Below are positions 9,403 to 18,566 of a DNA stretch of 60,788 nucleotides, piece after piece. The stretch comes from a virus (lineage: Duplodnaviria > Caudoviricetes). The stretch covers positions 1 to 60,788 of the IMG/VR virus record IMGVR_UViG_3300037070_008166; one strand, given 5' to 3'. Position 1 is the first letter of the stretch, and each line of letters begins with the position of its first letter. The notes beneath the pieces are model-generated. The model saw only the letters and a program-made list of their open reading frames with translations, searched no databases and was not told where the DNA came from. The position numbers and the translations under genes are program-made.

Positions 9403-10479
9403 ATGTCCGAAAAGCGATTCACCGTAGCGGGGAAAGCCAGCCCGCTCAACGACGTGGTCATGCGAGCCATGCAGGAGACCGGCAAGTGGTCGGTCCCGGC
9501 AATGCGCTCGCCGGGGTTCCGGAACCTGGAGCAGATGCTCCAGTCCGATCCCACATTCCGCGCCGCAGCTCCACTCTCCGAGCGCGCCCAAATCGTGCTC
9601 GACAACGCCGTCGTCGAAGTGGGCCTGGACCGGCTCACGTTCGTCGCCGACATCTTGTCCGCAGGGCTGACGTACAATCTCAGCGACCCGCTGAGCGTGA
9701 CGCAGCTCGAATGGTACAAGACCAACAAGATCGGTGCCGCGCAGCGCACCATGAGCCCGTCGGCTCGCGGTGAGAACAAGCTGCCGGACCGTCTGCCCTC
9801 GCGCCTCCCGGTGTACCTGACGATCGACCAGTTCGAATTGGATATCCGCACGTTGCGCATGTCGCAGCGCGTCGGCCTTCCGCTCGACACGGCGATCATC
9901 AGCCAGTGCACGCGGTCGGTGAACGAGGCCATCGAGGACGCGGCCATCAACGGCGCGACCACGTTGGACGGTCAGGAACTGGCCGTGGACGGCTACTCGG
10001 CTCCCGGGTTGCTCAACGCACCGGATGCCGAGGCGCAAGCGTTGACGGCAGCGTCCTGGGACGTCACGCCAGTGGGTGCCACGATCTACGCCGAAGTGCA
10101 GGCGGCACTCGCGAAGCTCCGCGCCAACAAGCGGTTCGGCCCGTATCGCATGTACGTGCCGGTCGAAGTCGGTGCGGCGCTCGACTCGGACTACGACACC
10201 GTGTCCGGCTCGCGTGGCCTTTCGATTCGGGAGCGACTCCTGAAGATCGAGGGACTCCAGGCGATTCGCACGGCGGATCTCATGCCGCCGACCAAGGTCG
10301 CCTTCGTGCAGATGACGTCGGATGTCATCGACATGGTGGTGGGCCAGCCGCCGACCGTGATTCCGTGGACCTCGGTCGACGGTTTCACGTTCCACAACCT
10401 GATCATGGCCATCATGATCCCGCGGGTCCGCTCGGACTACGACGGGAACAGCGGCATTTGCATCGGGACGATCGCGTAA
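9403..10479 (+). CDS. major capsid protein (HK97 fold, linocin/encapsulin-like family)
   Basis: 358 aa, AGGAGG RBS, strong codon bias, 'PGLLNAP', 'FGPYRMYVP', 'IMIPRVRSDYDGNSGI' C-terminus; position in head module. Confidence 0.85.
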   Translation: MSEKRFTVAGKASPLNDVVMRAMQETGKWSVPAMRSPGFRNLEQMLQSDPTFRAAAPLSERAQIVLDNAVVEVGLDRLTFVADILSAGLTYNLSDPLSVTQLEWYKTNKIGAAQRTMSPSARGENKLPDRLPSRLPVYLTIDQFELDIRTLRMSQRVGLPLDTAIISQCTRSVNEAIEDAAINGATTLDGQELAVDGYSAPGLLNAPDAEAQALTAASWDVTPVGATIYAEVQAALAKLRANKRFGPYRMYVPVEVGAALDSDYDTVSGSRGLSIRERLLKIEGLQAIRTADLMPPTKVAFVQMTSDVIDMVVGQPPTVIPWTSVDGFTFHNLIMAIMIPRVRSDYDGNSGICIGTIA

Positions 10480-10488
10480 CATCCACAG

Positions 10489-10523
10489 CAGGAGCCACTA
10501 TCGATTCCCGGTAGTGGCTCCTG
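10489..10523 (+). terminator. stem-loop after major capsid gene (terminator or mRNA stabiliser)
   Basis: CAGGAGCCACTA (10489-10500) pairs perfectly with TAGTGGCTCCTG (10512-10523); only a weak T tract follows. Confidence 0.55.
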
Positions 10524-10548
10524 TCGATTCTTCGTGGGGGAGGATCCT

Positions 10549-10782
10549 ATGGAAAACGAATCCGAGAAGTCCACGCCAGTCACACCGAAGCTCGATCCTC
10601 TCCGTCGGGTGCTCATCCCGATTGAGAAGAAAAACATCTACGGCGAGAAAGTCTTCAAGACCCTGGACCAGACGACATACATTCGTGATCCGTATACGAA
10701 TCAGATTCGTCGAGTTGGCCCGAAGAAATTCGGGAAAGCTGCGAAGAAGGCAGCGAAGAGGGAAGCATGCCGGTCACGCTAG
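10549..10782 (+). CDS. small basic hypothetical protein
   Basis: GGAGG RBS before ATG 10549; Lys/Arg-rich C-terminus. Confidence 0.6.
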   Translation: MENESEKSTPVTPKLDPLRRVLIPIEKKNIYGEKVFKTLDQTTYIRDPYTNQIRRVGPKKFGKAAKKAAKREACRSR

Positions 10783-11345
10783 TCACCACGGTCGCTGGGG
10801 CGACGTCGAATTCCTACGCGACGCAAGCGGAGGCGGATGCGTATTTCAACGCCCGCCTTCCACTGGAACCGCCGTGGGAAGATGCGGATGATCCGACGGC
10901 AGCGTTGGCCACGGCGACGAGGGTGCTGGATTCGTTCGTCCAGCCACTTCGGATTCTGGTGCGCGGCGACGGCGGAGATTTCTACATCACGCGGCGACAG
11001 TGGACCGGAGCTCCCGCGACCACGACGCAACGACTTGCGTGGCCACGCACGGGAATGTACGACAAGAATGGCAATGCCATTCCGTCGAACGTCATCCCGG
11101 AAGATCTCAAGTTTGCGCAGTCCGAACTCGCTGGACTGCTCCTCATCAGTGATACGACACTCGACAATGCGGTGCGCGTCGGCGGGATCAAATCCGTGAG
11201 TGCGGGCAGCGTGTCCGTCAGCTTCAAGGACATGATTGAGCAACACGTGCTCCCGGAGTTCGTGTGGTTCCTCATGCCGGCGAGCTGGTTCACAGATGAG
11301 ATCCTCACCCCAGCTCGACCGGCACTGTTTGACGTGGTGTCGTAG
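10767..11345 (+). CDS. head-tail adaptor (DnaT-like phage family)
   Basis: 'NSYATQAEADAYFNAR', 'QRLAWPR', 'IPEDLKFAQSELA', 'IKSVSAGSVSVSF' pattern; located after capsid gene. Confidence 0.75.
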   Translation: MPVTLVTTVAGATSNSYATQAEADAYFNARLPLEPPWEDADDPTAALATATRVLDSFVQPLRILVRGDGGDFYITRRQWTGAPATTTQRLAWPRTGMYDKNGNAIPSNVIPEDLKFAQSELAGLLLISDTTLDNAVRVGGIKSVSAGSVSVSFKDMIEQHVLPEFVWFLMPASWFTDEILTPARPALFDVVS

Positions 11346-11353
11346 GAGACTAC

Positions 11354-11785
11354 ATGAACATCAATGTTCACATCCGGATTGAAAGCGCCAAATCGGATGA
11401 GATCCTCCAACAATTGGATGCGCTGAACACGAAAGTGAGCGTGATGGCTATGGCTCTGAAGGACATGAACGAACTGCTCGACGAACTGAACGTCTACACC
11501 AACAAACTCGGCGTCGCTGCCGAGGCTCAGGCTGCAAAGATCACCGAGATCGGTGAGGACCTGGACAAGCTGATCGCCGAGACCGACGACACGGCAGTCA
11601 AGGCTCGCCTCCAGGCGCACCGCGACACGTTGGCGCAGCTCGCGGCGAACGAGGAAGCCCAAGCGGAAACGTTGGCGAATCTGGCCGCGAAGCGGAACGA
11701 CCCGCTGCCTCCGCCGGTCGAACCTCCGGTCGAACCTCCGGTCGAACCGCCAGTGGAACCTCCGGTCGAACCGCCAACCGAGTAG
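11354..11785 (+). CDS. coiled-coil protein with C-terminal (PPVE)n tail
   Basis: AGGAG RBS; heptad-rich helix followed by PPVE repeats. Confidence 0.7.
   Translation: MNINVHIRIESAKSDEILQQLDALNTKVSVMAMALKDMNELLDELNVYTNKLGVAAEAQAAKITEIGEDLDKLIAETDDTAVKARLQAHRDTLAQLAANEEAQAETLANLAAKRNDPLPPPVEPPVEPPVEPPVEPPVEPPTE
11711..11782 (+). repeat. 12-bp tandem repeat (CCTCCGGTCGAA-like) encoding PPVE
   Basis: About six imperfect copies visible. Confidence 0.9.
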
Positions 11786-11850
11786 GATTTCCATGCGTGG
11801 GGCCACTGACATCATGGACACCACGGTGTCAGTGGCCTATCGTGGTGTCG

Positions 11851-12012
11851 ATGAAGATCATCGTGTACGACAAGAGTCGGAATCAGTGGCGGTTCTTCTA
11901 CGTCATTCCAGAAGACGATAGCTATGTGGCCAAGTGCCGCAATGGCATTCATCAGTTTCAGCCGACGTTCTTGCGCTGTTCGTGTGGTGAGGTAACGAAA
12001 TGGGCCTCTTAG
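11851..12012 (+). CDS. small hypothetical protein (Cys/His motif)
   Basis: Fills the gap between neighbours; CxxxxH...CxCG. Confidence 0.4.
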   Translation: MKIIVYDKSRNQWRFFYVIPEDDSYVAKCRNGIHQFQPTFLRCSCGEVTKWAS

Positions 12013-12383
12013 GCATTCTTCGTTCGGGGGTCAAGACGATCGACAGTGTCACGAAGGACCTCCAGTCTACCGTGACATACAAGCGATTTGTTTCCCAGAC
12101 TGCGAAGGGTGTCAAGACCTATGCGTCACCCATCACGATGAAGGCGATCGTGGATCGGAAGCAACAGCAAGTGCGCACCGGAAATGGAATTCTCAGTCTG
12201 AGTCGGGCGACGATCACGTTCGTAGACATCAAGAAGTTGCTCACCGTTACGAACAATCTGGGAATTCGCGACAGCGACATCATCATTCTGCCCGACGGCA
12301 CGACCGGGCCGATTCTTTCCCTCTCGGGATTTCTTGACCGTGGCACAGAAGTGCCAGTGGCGACGGAGGCGTTCCTCGGATGA
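12000..12383 (+). CDS. putative head closure/head-tail joining protein
   Basis: 127 aa beta-rich protein in neck position; GAGG RBS. Confidence 0.55.
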   Translation: MGLLGILRSGVKTIDSVTKDLQSTVTYKRFVSQTAKGVKTYASPITMKAIVDRKQQQVRTGNGILSLSRATITFVDIKKLLTVTNNLGIRDSDIIILPDGTTGPILSLSGFLDRGTEVPVATEAFLG

Positions 12384-12751
12384 AGATCGAGCATCGTCGC
12401 GTTGACTTCAAGGATTCTCGAGGGACCATTCGGGATATCTTGAAAGACCGCACCGTGGACAACGTGACGGAAATCGTCACGGCGAAAGGCACAGTGCGCG
12501 GCAACCATTACCATCGCCAGGCGCTGGTCTACATCTACATCCTGGAGGGGTCATTCAACGTCTTTTCGCGTGAGCATGAAGAAGCGCCAGTACAACAGGC
12601 GCATGTTGCAACAGGGGATTTGGTCATCTTCTTGCCGTACGATCTCCATGCACTGGTCGCTCTGGAAGACAGCCGGTTTCTACTTCTTGCCTCCGGTCCG
12701 CGTGGTGGGGAGCATACGGTGGCGGAAGTGCTCTACGAGGTGCCGGCATGA
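12380..12751 (+). CDS. cupin, WxcM/FdtA-like NDP-sugar isomerase/epimerase
   Basis: 'FKDSRGTI', 'VRGNHYH', second His 'YDLHAL'; next to a DegT aminotransferase. Confidence 0.75.
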   Translation: MKIEHRRVDFKDSRGTIRDILKDRTVDNVTEIVTAKGTVRGNHYHRQALVYIYILEGSFNVFSREHEEAPVQQAHVATGDLVIFLPYDLHALVALEDSRFLLLASGPRGGEHTVAEVLYEVPA

Positions 12752-13863
12752 TTCCTGTCCATGCGCCGGTCTTCGACCCGGAGGATTTCCACCTCGTGCA
12801 GTTCGCCCTGAACTCCGGTGAGATTTCTGGCACGTTCGGTCGATTCATCACGGAGTTCGAAGAACGCTTCGCGGAATTCTGTGGCTGCAACTTCGGCATC
12901 GCCGTGAGCAGTGGGACCACCGCCTTGCATCTGGCTGCGGCCGTGCTGGGAATTGGTCGTGGCGACGAAGTCCTGATGAACGCGTGTACGAATATCGCGA
13001 CGGCGAATGCGGTGGTTCAGCAGGGTGGGATCGTCGTTCCGATTGATTCGGAGCCTGACACCTGGAATATGCGTGTAGATCTGCTTGAAGATGCGATTAC
13101 CTCACGCGCCCGCGCGATCATGCCGGTGCACATCTACGGTCATCCCGTTGATATGGATCGGGTCATGGAAATCGCGCACAAGTATGAGCTTCGCGTGATC
13201 GAAGATTGCGCGGAAGCCCACGGCGCGGAATATCGCGGACGACGTGTGGGCAGCTTCGGCGACTTCGGTTGTTTCAGTTTCTACGCAAACAAAGTGATCA
13301 CCACCGGCGAAGGTGGAATGCTCGTGACGAACGATCCGCAGCTTGCGGAGCAGGCCCGCAGCTTGCGCAATCTCGGATTTGGAATTCCTCGCTTCGTTCA
13401 TCATGAGATGGGCTTCAACTACCGCATGACGAACGTCCAGGCCGCGATCGGGGTGGGTCAGCTGTCGAGGATTGAACAGATCATCGAACGCAAGCGCCAT
13501 ATTGCGCAGATGTATTTGGATCGACTGGCTGACGTGCCTGGTCTACGACTGCCTGTCGAAGCAGACTACGCTCGTTCGGTCTACTGGATGTTCGGCGTGG
13601 TGTTGGAACCAGAGTTCGGTGTGCACCGTGACGATTTCGCGGCTGAGCTGCTAGACCACGGTGTGGACACGCGCACCATGTTCTGCCCGATGAATCAGCA
13701 GCCGGCGTTGCTCAAACGTGGTGCAGTGAAACGGCTCGCGTGCCCGGTCGCGGACTTCCTCTGGACGAACGGCTTGTATCTTCCCAGTGGAAATGGTCTG
13801 ACGGAAAGTGAAATTGACGGGATCTGTCACCTCGTTCAGGAGATGAGCCCGGCATGCGCGTGA
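12748..13863 (+). CDS. DegT/DnrJ/EryC1/StrS PLP-dependent sugar aminotransferase (perosamine synthase-like)
   Basis: 'SSGTTALHLA', 'PVHIYG', 'IEDCAEAHG', 'FSFYANKVITTGEGGM' (PLP lysine), 'GFNYRMTNVQAAIG'. Confidence 0.95.
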   Translation: MIPVHAPVFDPEDFHLVQFALNSGEISGTFGRFITEFEERFAEFCGCNFGIAVSSGTTALHLAAAVLGIGRGDEVLMNACTNIATANAVVQQGGIVVPIDSEPDTWNMRVDLLEDAITSRARAIMPVHIYGHPVDMDRVMEIAHKYELRVIEDCAEAHGAEYRGRRVGSFGDFGCFSFYANKVITTGEGGMLVTNDPQLAEQARSLRNLGFGIPRFVHHEMGFNYRMTNVQAAIGVGQLSRIEQIIERKRHIAQMYLDRLADVPGLRLPVEADYARSVYWMFGVVLEPEFGVHRDDFAAELLDHGVDTRTMFCPMNQQPALLKRGAVKRLACPVADFLWTNGLYLPSGNGLTESEIDGICHLVQEMSPACA

Positions 13864-14609
13864 ATATTGTGGTGGCTCGTGGTGATATCGAGTGGATTTG
13901 CGGCCGAATGGCTCGTGAGCTCGCGGCACGACTCCCCACGTTCGGCATTTCCGCATCGATCAACGGAGAGCCCGGTGATCTGGAGTACCAGCAAGTCGTC
14001 TACGGCCCACCTCTGACTCGACCGGCCATCGGATTGTTCACGCATGGACGTGAGCGTCCATATCAATTCGGAAAAGATTACGATGGGGCGGTTTGTATGA
14101 ACCGAACCATGTTACAATACCTGAACGAAGCCGGGGCGATAATCCCTCAGGTCATTGAGCAGCCAGTGGATTCAGTCTTCAACAAGACACCTGTGTTCGG
14201 TGTGGCGGGCCGTGTCTATGGTGATGGCCGCAAGGGGGAGTTCCTCGTCGCGAAGATGGTGGCCGCTGGCTATCGCGTGATTGCATGGGGACAAGGTTGG
14301 CCATGCGAAATCGTGTCGTCGGATGTGGCGTTCTTACCGGCATTCTATTCGATGATTGATTACTACGTGGACACGTCCAGTGATGAAGGTGGCTGCACCC
14401 CGGCATTGGAAGCCATGGCGAGTGGAAAACCTGTGATCAGCCACACGATTGGCGTGGACCGCCCGGTGCTGGCCTACATGCGGCACGATTGGCCGAGCCT
14501 GGAACGACTTCTGATTTCGTTGACCAGTCCGCGCACGTATGACCAGTGGGCTGCAGACCATGCGGAATACTTCCGGCGAGTGCTCATGGTGAAAGGCATC
14601 GCGGCGTGA
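13854..14609 (+). CDS. GT-B glycosyltransferase (GT4-like, compact)
   Basis: 'GRKGE', 'FYSMIDYYVDTSSDEGGCTPALEAMASGKPVIS' with the E-x7-E motif. Confidence 0.8.
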   Translation: MRVNIVVARGDIEWICGRMARELAARLPTFGISASINGEPGDLEYQQVVYGPPLTRPAIGLFTHGRERPYQFGKDYDGAVCMNRTMLQYLNEAGAIIPQVIEQPVDSVFNKTPVFGVAGRVYGDGRKGEFLVAKMVAAGYRVIAWGQGWPCEIVSSDVAFLPAFYSMIDYYVDTSSDEGGCTPALEAMASGKPVISHTIGVDRPVLAYMRHDWPSLERLLISLTSPRTYDQWAADHAEYFRRVLMVKGIAA

Positions 14610-15235
14610 CCTTTTCCATCGCGATCCGCACCGTGCCGAAGCGATTCCCGCTGTTCTCGGAGCTGTTTTATCGTGCTGCTTGCATGATCATGGACGACTC
14701 AGTGCTCGGGATGAACATCAGCGCAAATCCAGAGGTGGCGCCGAATGAAAACGGATGCCGGGCATTGGAAGGCGCGGCGGCATTCGGGGCGGATTGGGTC
14801 ATCTTCTTGGAAGACGACGCGGGCCTGATCCACAGTTTCTTGCCAAACGTCAAATGGTGGATTGGAAACCACGCGCAAGACGATGTGCATATCTACCCGC
14901 TGGGCTGTCAGTACGACCACTGGGAACCAGGAGCCACCGCGTGGAAATATCCCATTCCGATGTTCTACTGCAGCGTGGCGATGATAATTCGTGGAACACA
15001 GGTGCCGTCACTCGTGGCGTATTTTCGCCAGAACAGTCACGTGGCGCAAGGCTTCGACCTGATGTCGGGTCATTGGCACGAGTCGATTTCCAAGAGTCCG
15101 TGTCTGCTCACGCCGATCCCGTGTTTGGTGGAGCATCTCGGTGATGACTCCACACTGATTGAAGGACGCCCGGAGCGAAACGTCGTAGGTCGCTTCCGTG
15201 GATTCAAAGGCTACGACTTTTCCTACGTGGGGTAG
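14606..15235 (+). CDS. GT-A-like glycosyltransferase
   Basis: 'WVIFLEDDA' motif and 'PCLVEHLG..S' C-terminal motif; GTG start overlapping upstream stop. Confidence 0.65.
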   Translation: MTFSIAIRTVPKRFPLFSELFYRAACMIMDDSVLGMNISANPEVAPNENGCRALEGAAAFGADWVIFLEDDAGLIHSFLPNVKWWIGNHAQDDVHIYPLGCQYDHWEPGATAWKYPIPMFYCSVAMIIRGTQVPSLVAYFRQNSHVAQGFDLMSGHWHESISKSPCLLTPIPCLVEHLGDDSTLIEGRPERNVVGRFRGFKGYDFSYVG

Positions 15236-15239
15236 AGGA

Positions 15240-15845
15240 ATGGCAGAAAACATCGGCACTGCAGAAAACAACGAACGCTTCCGCGAATATCCGTACAACA
15301 TTCGTGAAACGTGGTGGAACGACATGCAGCGCGAGAAGATGCGCCAGATGGCCAGTCGTATTCGTGAAGGCGAATGGGTGGCTGATGTTGGCTGCAACGC
15401 GGGCTATCTTCCTGAGTTCTTACCAGTTGGCTGTGTGGCGCACGGCATCGACCTGTCACCGGCACTCGTGGAGCGGGCGCGCGAGCGTGGCTTGTATCGT
15501 TCGGTGGCGGTGGCTCCGGCGGAAGAGCAGCCGTTTGACGACAAGTCCATGGACGTCGTTGTGATGGCCGGCGTGATCGAATATCCATTCGATCCACAGC
15601 AGGTGCTTCGCGAGTGCGCTCGCGTGGCGCGTCGTATCGTGATCGTGGAAGCATGCCACGAAGACGGAATCTGGGGTGCAGAGCGTATCCCCATCCACTC
15701 GCACATGGTTCGCAGCTATAACGAAGAAACGCTGGTCAAAGAAGTCGCGACAATCGGCCGAGTCACCTGGATTCATGTGGTCAACGGCGACGGCGTCGGA
15801 CTGCACGGCCAGCCGCAGCACCGTATCGTTGAGGTGACACTGTGA
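15240..15845 (+). CDS. class I SAM-dependent methyltransferase
   Basis: 'VADVGCNAG' motif I, 'GIDLS', 'PFDDKSMDVVV', 'LRECARV'. Confidence 0.9.
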   Translation: MAENIGTAENNERFREYPYNIRETWWNDMQREKMRQMASRIREGEWVADVGCNAGYLPEFLPVGCVAHGIDLSPALVERARERGLYRSVAVAPAEEQPFDDKSMDVVVMAGVIEYPFDPQQVLRECARVARRIVIVEACHEDGIWGAERIPIHSHMVRSYNEETLVKEVATIGRVTWIHVVNGDGVGLHGQPQHRIVEVTL

Positions 15846-17185
15846 AGTCCCTGCTCTGGGTCGGGGACGCTGGTGTCCCGAGCGGTTTCGCGAAAGCCAC
15901 CCATGAGATCTTGAACCATCTCCTGGATGATTTCCGCGTTACGGTGTTGGGCATCAATTATCGTGGCGATCCTCATGCATATCCGTACGAAATTTGGGCC
16001 GCACTTCCAGGTGGCGACTACTTCGGAATTGGCCGTCTGATCTGGATGTGCGATTTGCTCAATGGCCGTGATGGAAAACCACCTGATGTCATCGTGTTGC
16101 AGAACGATGGCTGGAACATCCCGCAATACATGCAGCTGCTCCGCAAGAAGTTACCCAGCGGCAAGTGGGCGTTCCCTGAATACGCGAACATCCCGGTGGT
16201 AGCGATCGTGGCCGTCGACGGCAAGAATTTCCAAGGCAAGTGGCTAGATGGCGTGAGCATGGCCATCTTCTGGACGCAGTTCGCGTTGGACGAAGCACGT
16301 CGTGGTGGCTACACCGGCGAAGCAGCAGTCATCCCACTGGGTGTGGACTTGAACATCTACAAACCAGTGCCGCAAGCGGAAGCGCGGGCGCGTCGGTTGG
16401 ATCCGTCGATGAAGGACTTCTTCATTGTCGGCAACGTTAATCGCAACCAGCCCCGCAAGCGATGGGACTTGATGATCAAGTACTTCGCGGCGTGGATCAA
16501 GCAAGTGCCCCGCGGAACAGAAGAGGAGATTGCGACGTCCCGAGTGGTCATCCGAGACGCGATGCTCCTACTGCATACAGCCCCCACTGGCGATACAGGG
16601 TGTGATGTCGCTCAGCTGGCCCGCTACTATGGAGTTGCGGAGTTTCTCGCCGTGGCGGAGCCCCAGGCGTTTTACGGGATCAGCGAAGAAATGCTTGTGG
16701 ACTTCGTGAACTGCTTCGACGTCAATGCATCGACGTCGCAGGGAGAGGGATTCGGGCTGACCGCCCTGGAATCGATGGCGTGCGGCAAGCCCAACGTGTT
16801 GGGCGACTGGTCTGCGTATGGTGAGTGGGCGAAGGGAGCCGCATGGTTGGTTCCGTGCAAGACCACGCACATCGGCCCTCCCTACACCAACGTCATTGGC
16901 GGGGTGCCGGATCAGGAAGAGTTCGTCAAGGCACTGAATCGGTTGTACACGGACAAGCGCACGCGAGAGATCAACGGATTGGCTGCGCTCGAGCGCGCCC
17001 GCGAGCCGCAGTTCCGATGGGAGAATATCGGGAAAGCCTATCAGCTGGCGTTGGCTTCAGTGCTTTGCGAACACAAGTGGATTGACATGACCACTCTCAC
17101 AAATCGAGGCATTAGTACATCGCAGTGCAGTCTTTGCAAGCGAATTCGTACGGAGAAAATCGTTGAAGAGGAAGTCGCCCAATGA
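15842..17185 (+). CDS. GT4 family glycosyltransferase
   Basis: 'SGFA', 'IPLGVD', 'VNRNQPRKRWD', 'SQGEGFGLTALESMACGKP'. Confidence 0.9.
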   Translation: MKSLLWVGDAGVPSGFAKATHEILNHLLDDFRVTVLGINYRGDPHAYPYEIWAALPGGDYFGIGRLIWMCDLLNGRDGKPPDVIVLQNDGWNIPQYMQLLRKKLPSGKWAFPEYANIPVVAIVAVDGKNFQGKWLDGVSMAIFWTQFALDEARRGGYTGEAAVIPLGVDLNIYKPVPQAEARARRLDPSMKDFFIVGNVNRNQPRKRWDLMIKYFAAWIKQVPRGTEEEIATSRVVIRDAMLLLHTAPTGDTGCDVAQLARYYGVAEFLAVAEPQAFYGISEEMLVDFVNCFDVNASTSQGEGFGLTALESMACGKPNVLGDWSAYGEWAKGAAWLVPCKTTHIGPPYTNVIGGVPDQEEFVKALNRLYTDKRTREINGLAALERAREPQFRWENIGKAYQLALASVLCEHKWIDMTTLTNRGISTSQCSLCKRIRTEKIVEEEVAQ

Positions 17186-17556
17186 TTGGTGAGGAAGCCA
17201 TGGTGCGGAACATGCTGAAAATCGCAGCAGAGTTCCCGGAGCGTGTTGGAAAGGCTCTGTCTGCCGAAGCCAAGATTGAGGTTCGGGAGATGAAGCGCCG
17301 CACGCCGGTGGACACCACACCAAATGCTCCTCATCCTGGGCAACTTCGTGATTCGATTCATGATCATCCACCGGAACGACTGTTCCGCCGGATTTCCGTA
17401 CTGATCACGACCGGGCCGGAAGCGCCATACGATATCTATGTGCATGAAAATCCTGACGCGATTCATTCGGTTGGACAGTGGCAATTTATGTCGTCCGTGA
17501 TCAACGAGTCGCGATCGTTCATGGGTGAACGAGTTGCCCGACGGGTGAAATTCTAA
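17182..17556 (+). CDS. HK97 gp10-like neck protein
   Basis: 'TPVDT...GQLRDSI', 'YDIYVHE' motifs; position before tail terminator. Confidence 0.7.
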   Translation: MIGEEAMVRNMLKIAAEFPERVGKALSAEAKIEVREMKRRTPVDTTPNAPHPGQLRDSIHDHPPERLFRRISVLITTGPEAPYDIYVHENPDAIHSVGQWQFMSSVINESRSFMGERVARRVKF

Positions 17557-17987
17557 TGTGGCTTGACGAAGTCGCCGCACGGCTCGTCGCGCAAAGTGTC
17601 GGTGTGATGGGCACACAGGCACTGACCTCGAATTCCATCTTCATCGGATCAGCTGCGTTGATTCCGACAGGAGAGGGTGCGGACGGACCATATCTATTGC
17701 TGAAAGATACAGGGGGCTCCGGTTCGGCGAAGACGCAGAACAATACAGCAACTGAGCGACCGACTGGCCAGATTTCCACGCGGGCCAGATCGCCGGTGGC
17801 TGCGTACGACATGGCGAAGGCGGCATACGTGGCTTTGGGTGGCGAGAATGGTTTGTTCAACATCACACTGAGCAGCGTGCGATATCTGAGCCTCGTGGCT
17901 CGGACGATGCCGTCCGACATCGGGCTGGATCAAGAAGCGCGTCCGATGTTTTCGTTCAACATCGACGCGGAAAAACAACCTTCGTGA
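17556..17987 (+). CDS. tail terminator/minor capsid-like protein
   Basis: 'DTGG', 'ERPTGQISTRA', 'IGLDQEARPMFSFN'; position before tail tube. Confidence 0.65.
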   Translation: MWLDEVAARLVAQSVGVMGTQALTSNSIFIGSAALIPTGEGADGPYLLLKDTGGSGSAKTQNNTATERPTGQISTRARSPVAAYDMAKAAYVALGGENGLFNITLSSVRYLSLVARTMPSDIGLDQEARPMFSFNIDAEKQPS

Positions 17988-18017
17988 CATCGTGTCACGA
18001 GTAGATAGGAGACTGAA

Positions 18018-18473
18018 ATGACACTTGCCATCAGCGCCCACGGAACATTGGTGGCCGTCCAGTTGACACCGGGCGGCGCATTCACCGATGTGGCCGAACA
18101 GGGCGACATCACACCACCGGCACTGTCGCGTAACGAATTCGACGCGACGACCCAGGAAAAGGACATTGACTCCTACGTCTTGGGCGTGCTTCGTCGTGGC
18201 GCGTTCACGCAGCCACTCAACTGGTTGCCAGACAACGCCACGCATGATCATCTCACGGGCGTCTACAAGCTGATGATCGAGAACACGGTCACCGGCTGGC
18301 GCATCACGTATCCGGACGGAACCAAGTGGATCATGTCCGGTCAAGTTCAGTCGATCACGCCGCAAGCGCCGGTCGACGGGAAGCTGGCAGCCGACGTCAC
18401 GCTTCGTTTCAGCGGGGCCATGCAGATCTTGACGGCACTCGGCGCGATCACGGACATCGGCCTCAGCGCATAG
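18018..18473 (+). CDS. major tail tube protein
   Basis: 151 aa, GGAG RBS, lambda gpV-like pattern ('WRITYPDG..W...G.V.SI....PVDGKL'); precedes chaperones and tape measure. Confidence 0.8.
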   Translation: MTLAISAHGTLVAVQLTPGGAFTDVAEQGDITPPALSRNEFDATTQEKDIDSYVLGVLRRGAFTQPLNWLPDNATHDHLTGVYKLMIENTVTGWRITYPDGTKWIMSGQVQSITPQAPVDGKLAADVTLRFSGAMQILTALGAITDIGLSA

Positions 18474-18477
18474 TCTG

Positions 18478-18559
18478 CCCCACGCAGCGTGGCGCCACCT
18501 CTTTGCCGGGCTCAGGTGGTGTCACGAATCTCAAGAGCCCGGCATTCTTCTGTGTGGGG
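18478..18559 (+). ncRNA. structured intergenic RNA (closing stem enclosing an H-type pseudoknot or switch)
   Basis: 18478-87 pairs with 18550-59; 18488-500 pairs with 18514-26; loop 18504-13 TGCCGGGCTC is the exact complement of 18535-44 GAGCCCGGCA. Confidence 0.5.
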
Positions 18560-18566
18560 TGAAGAT

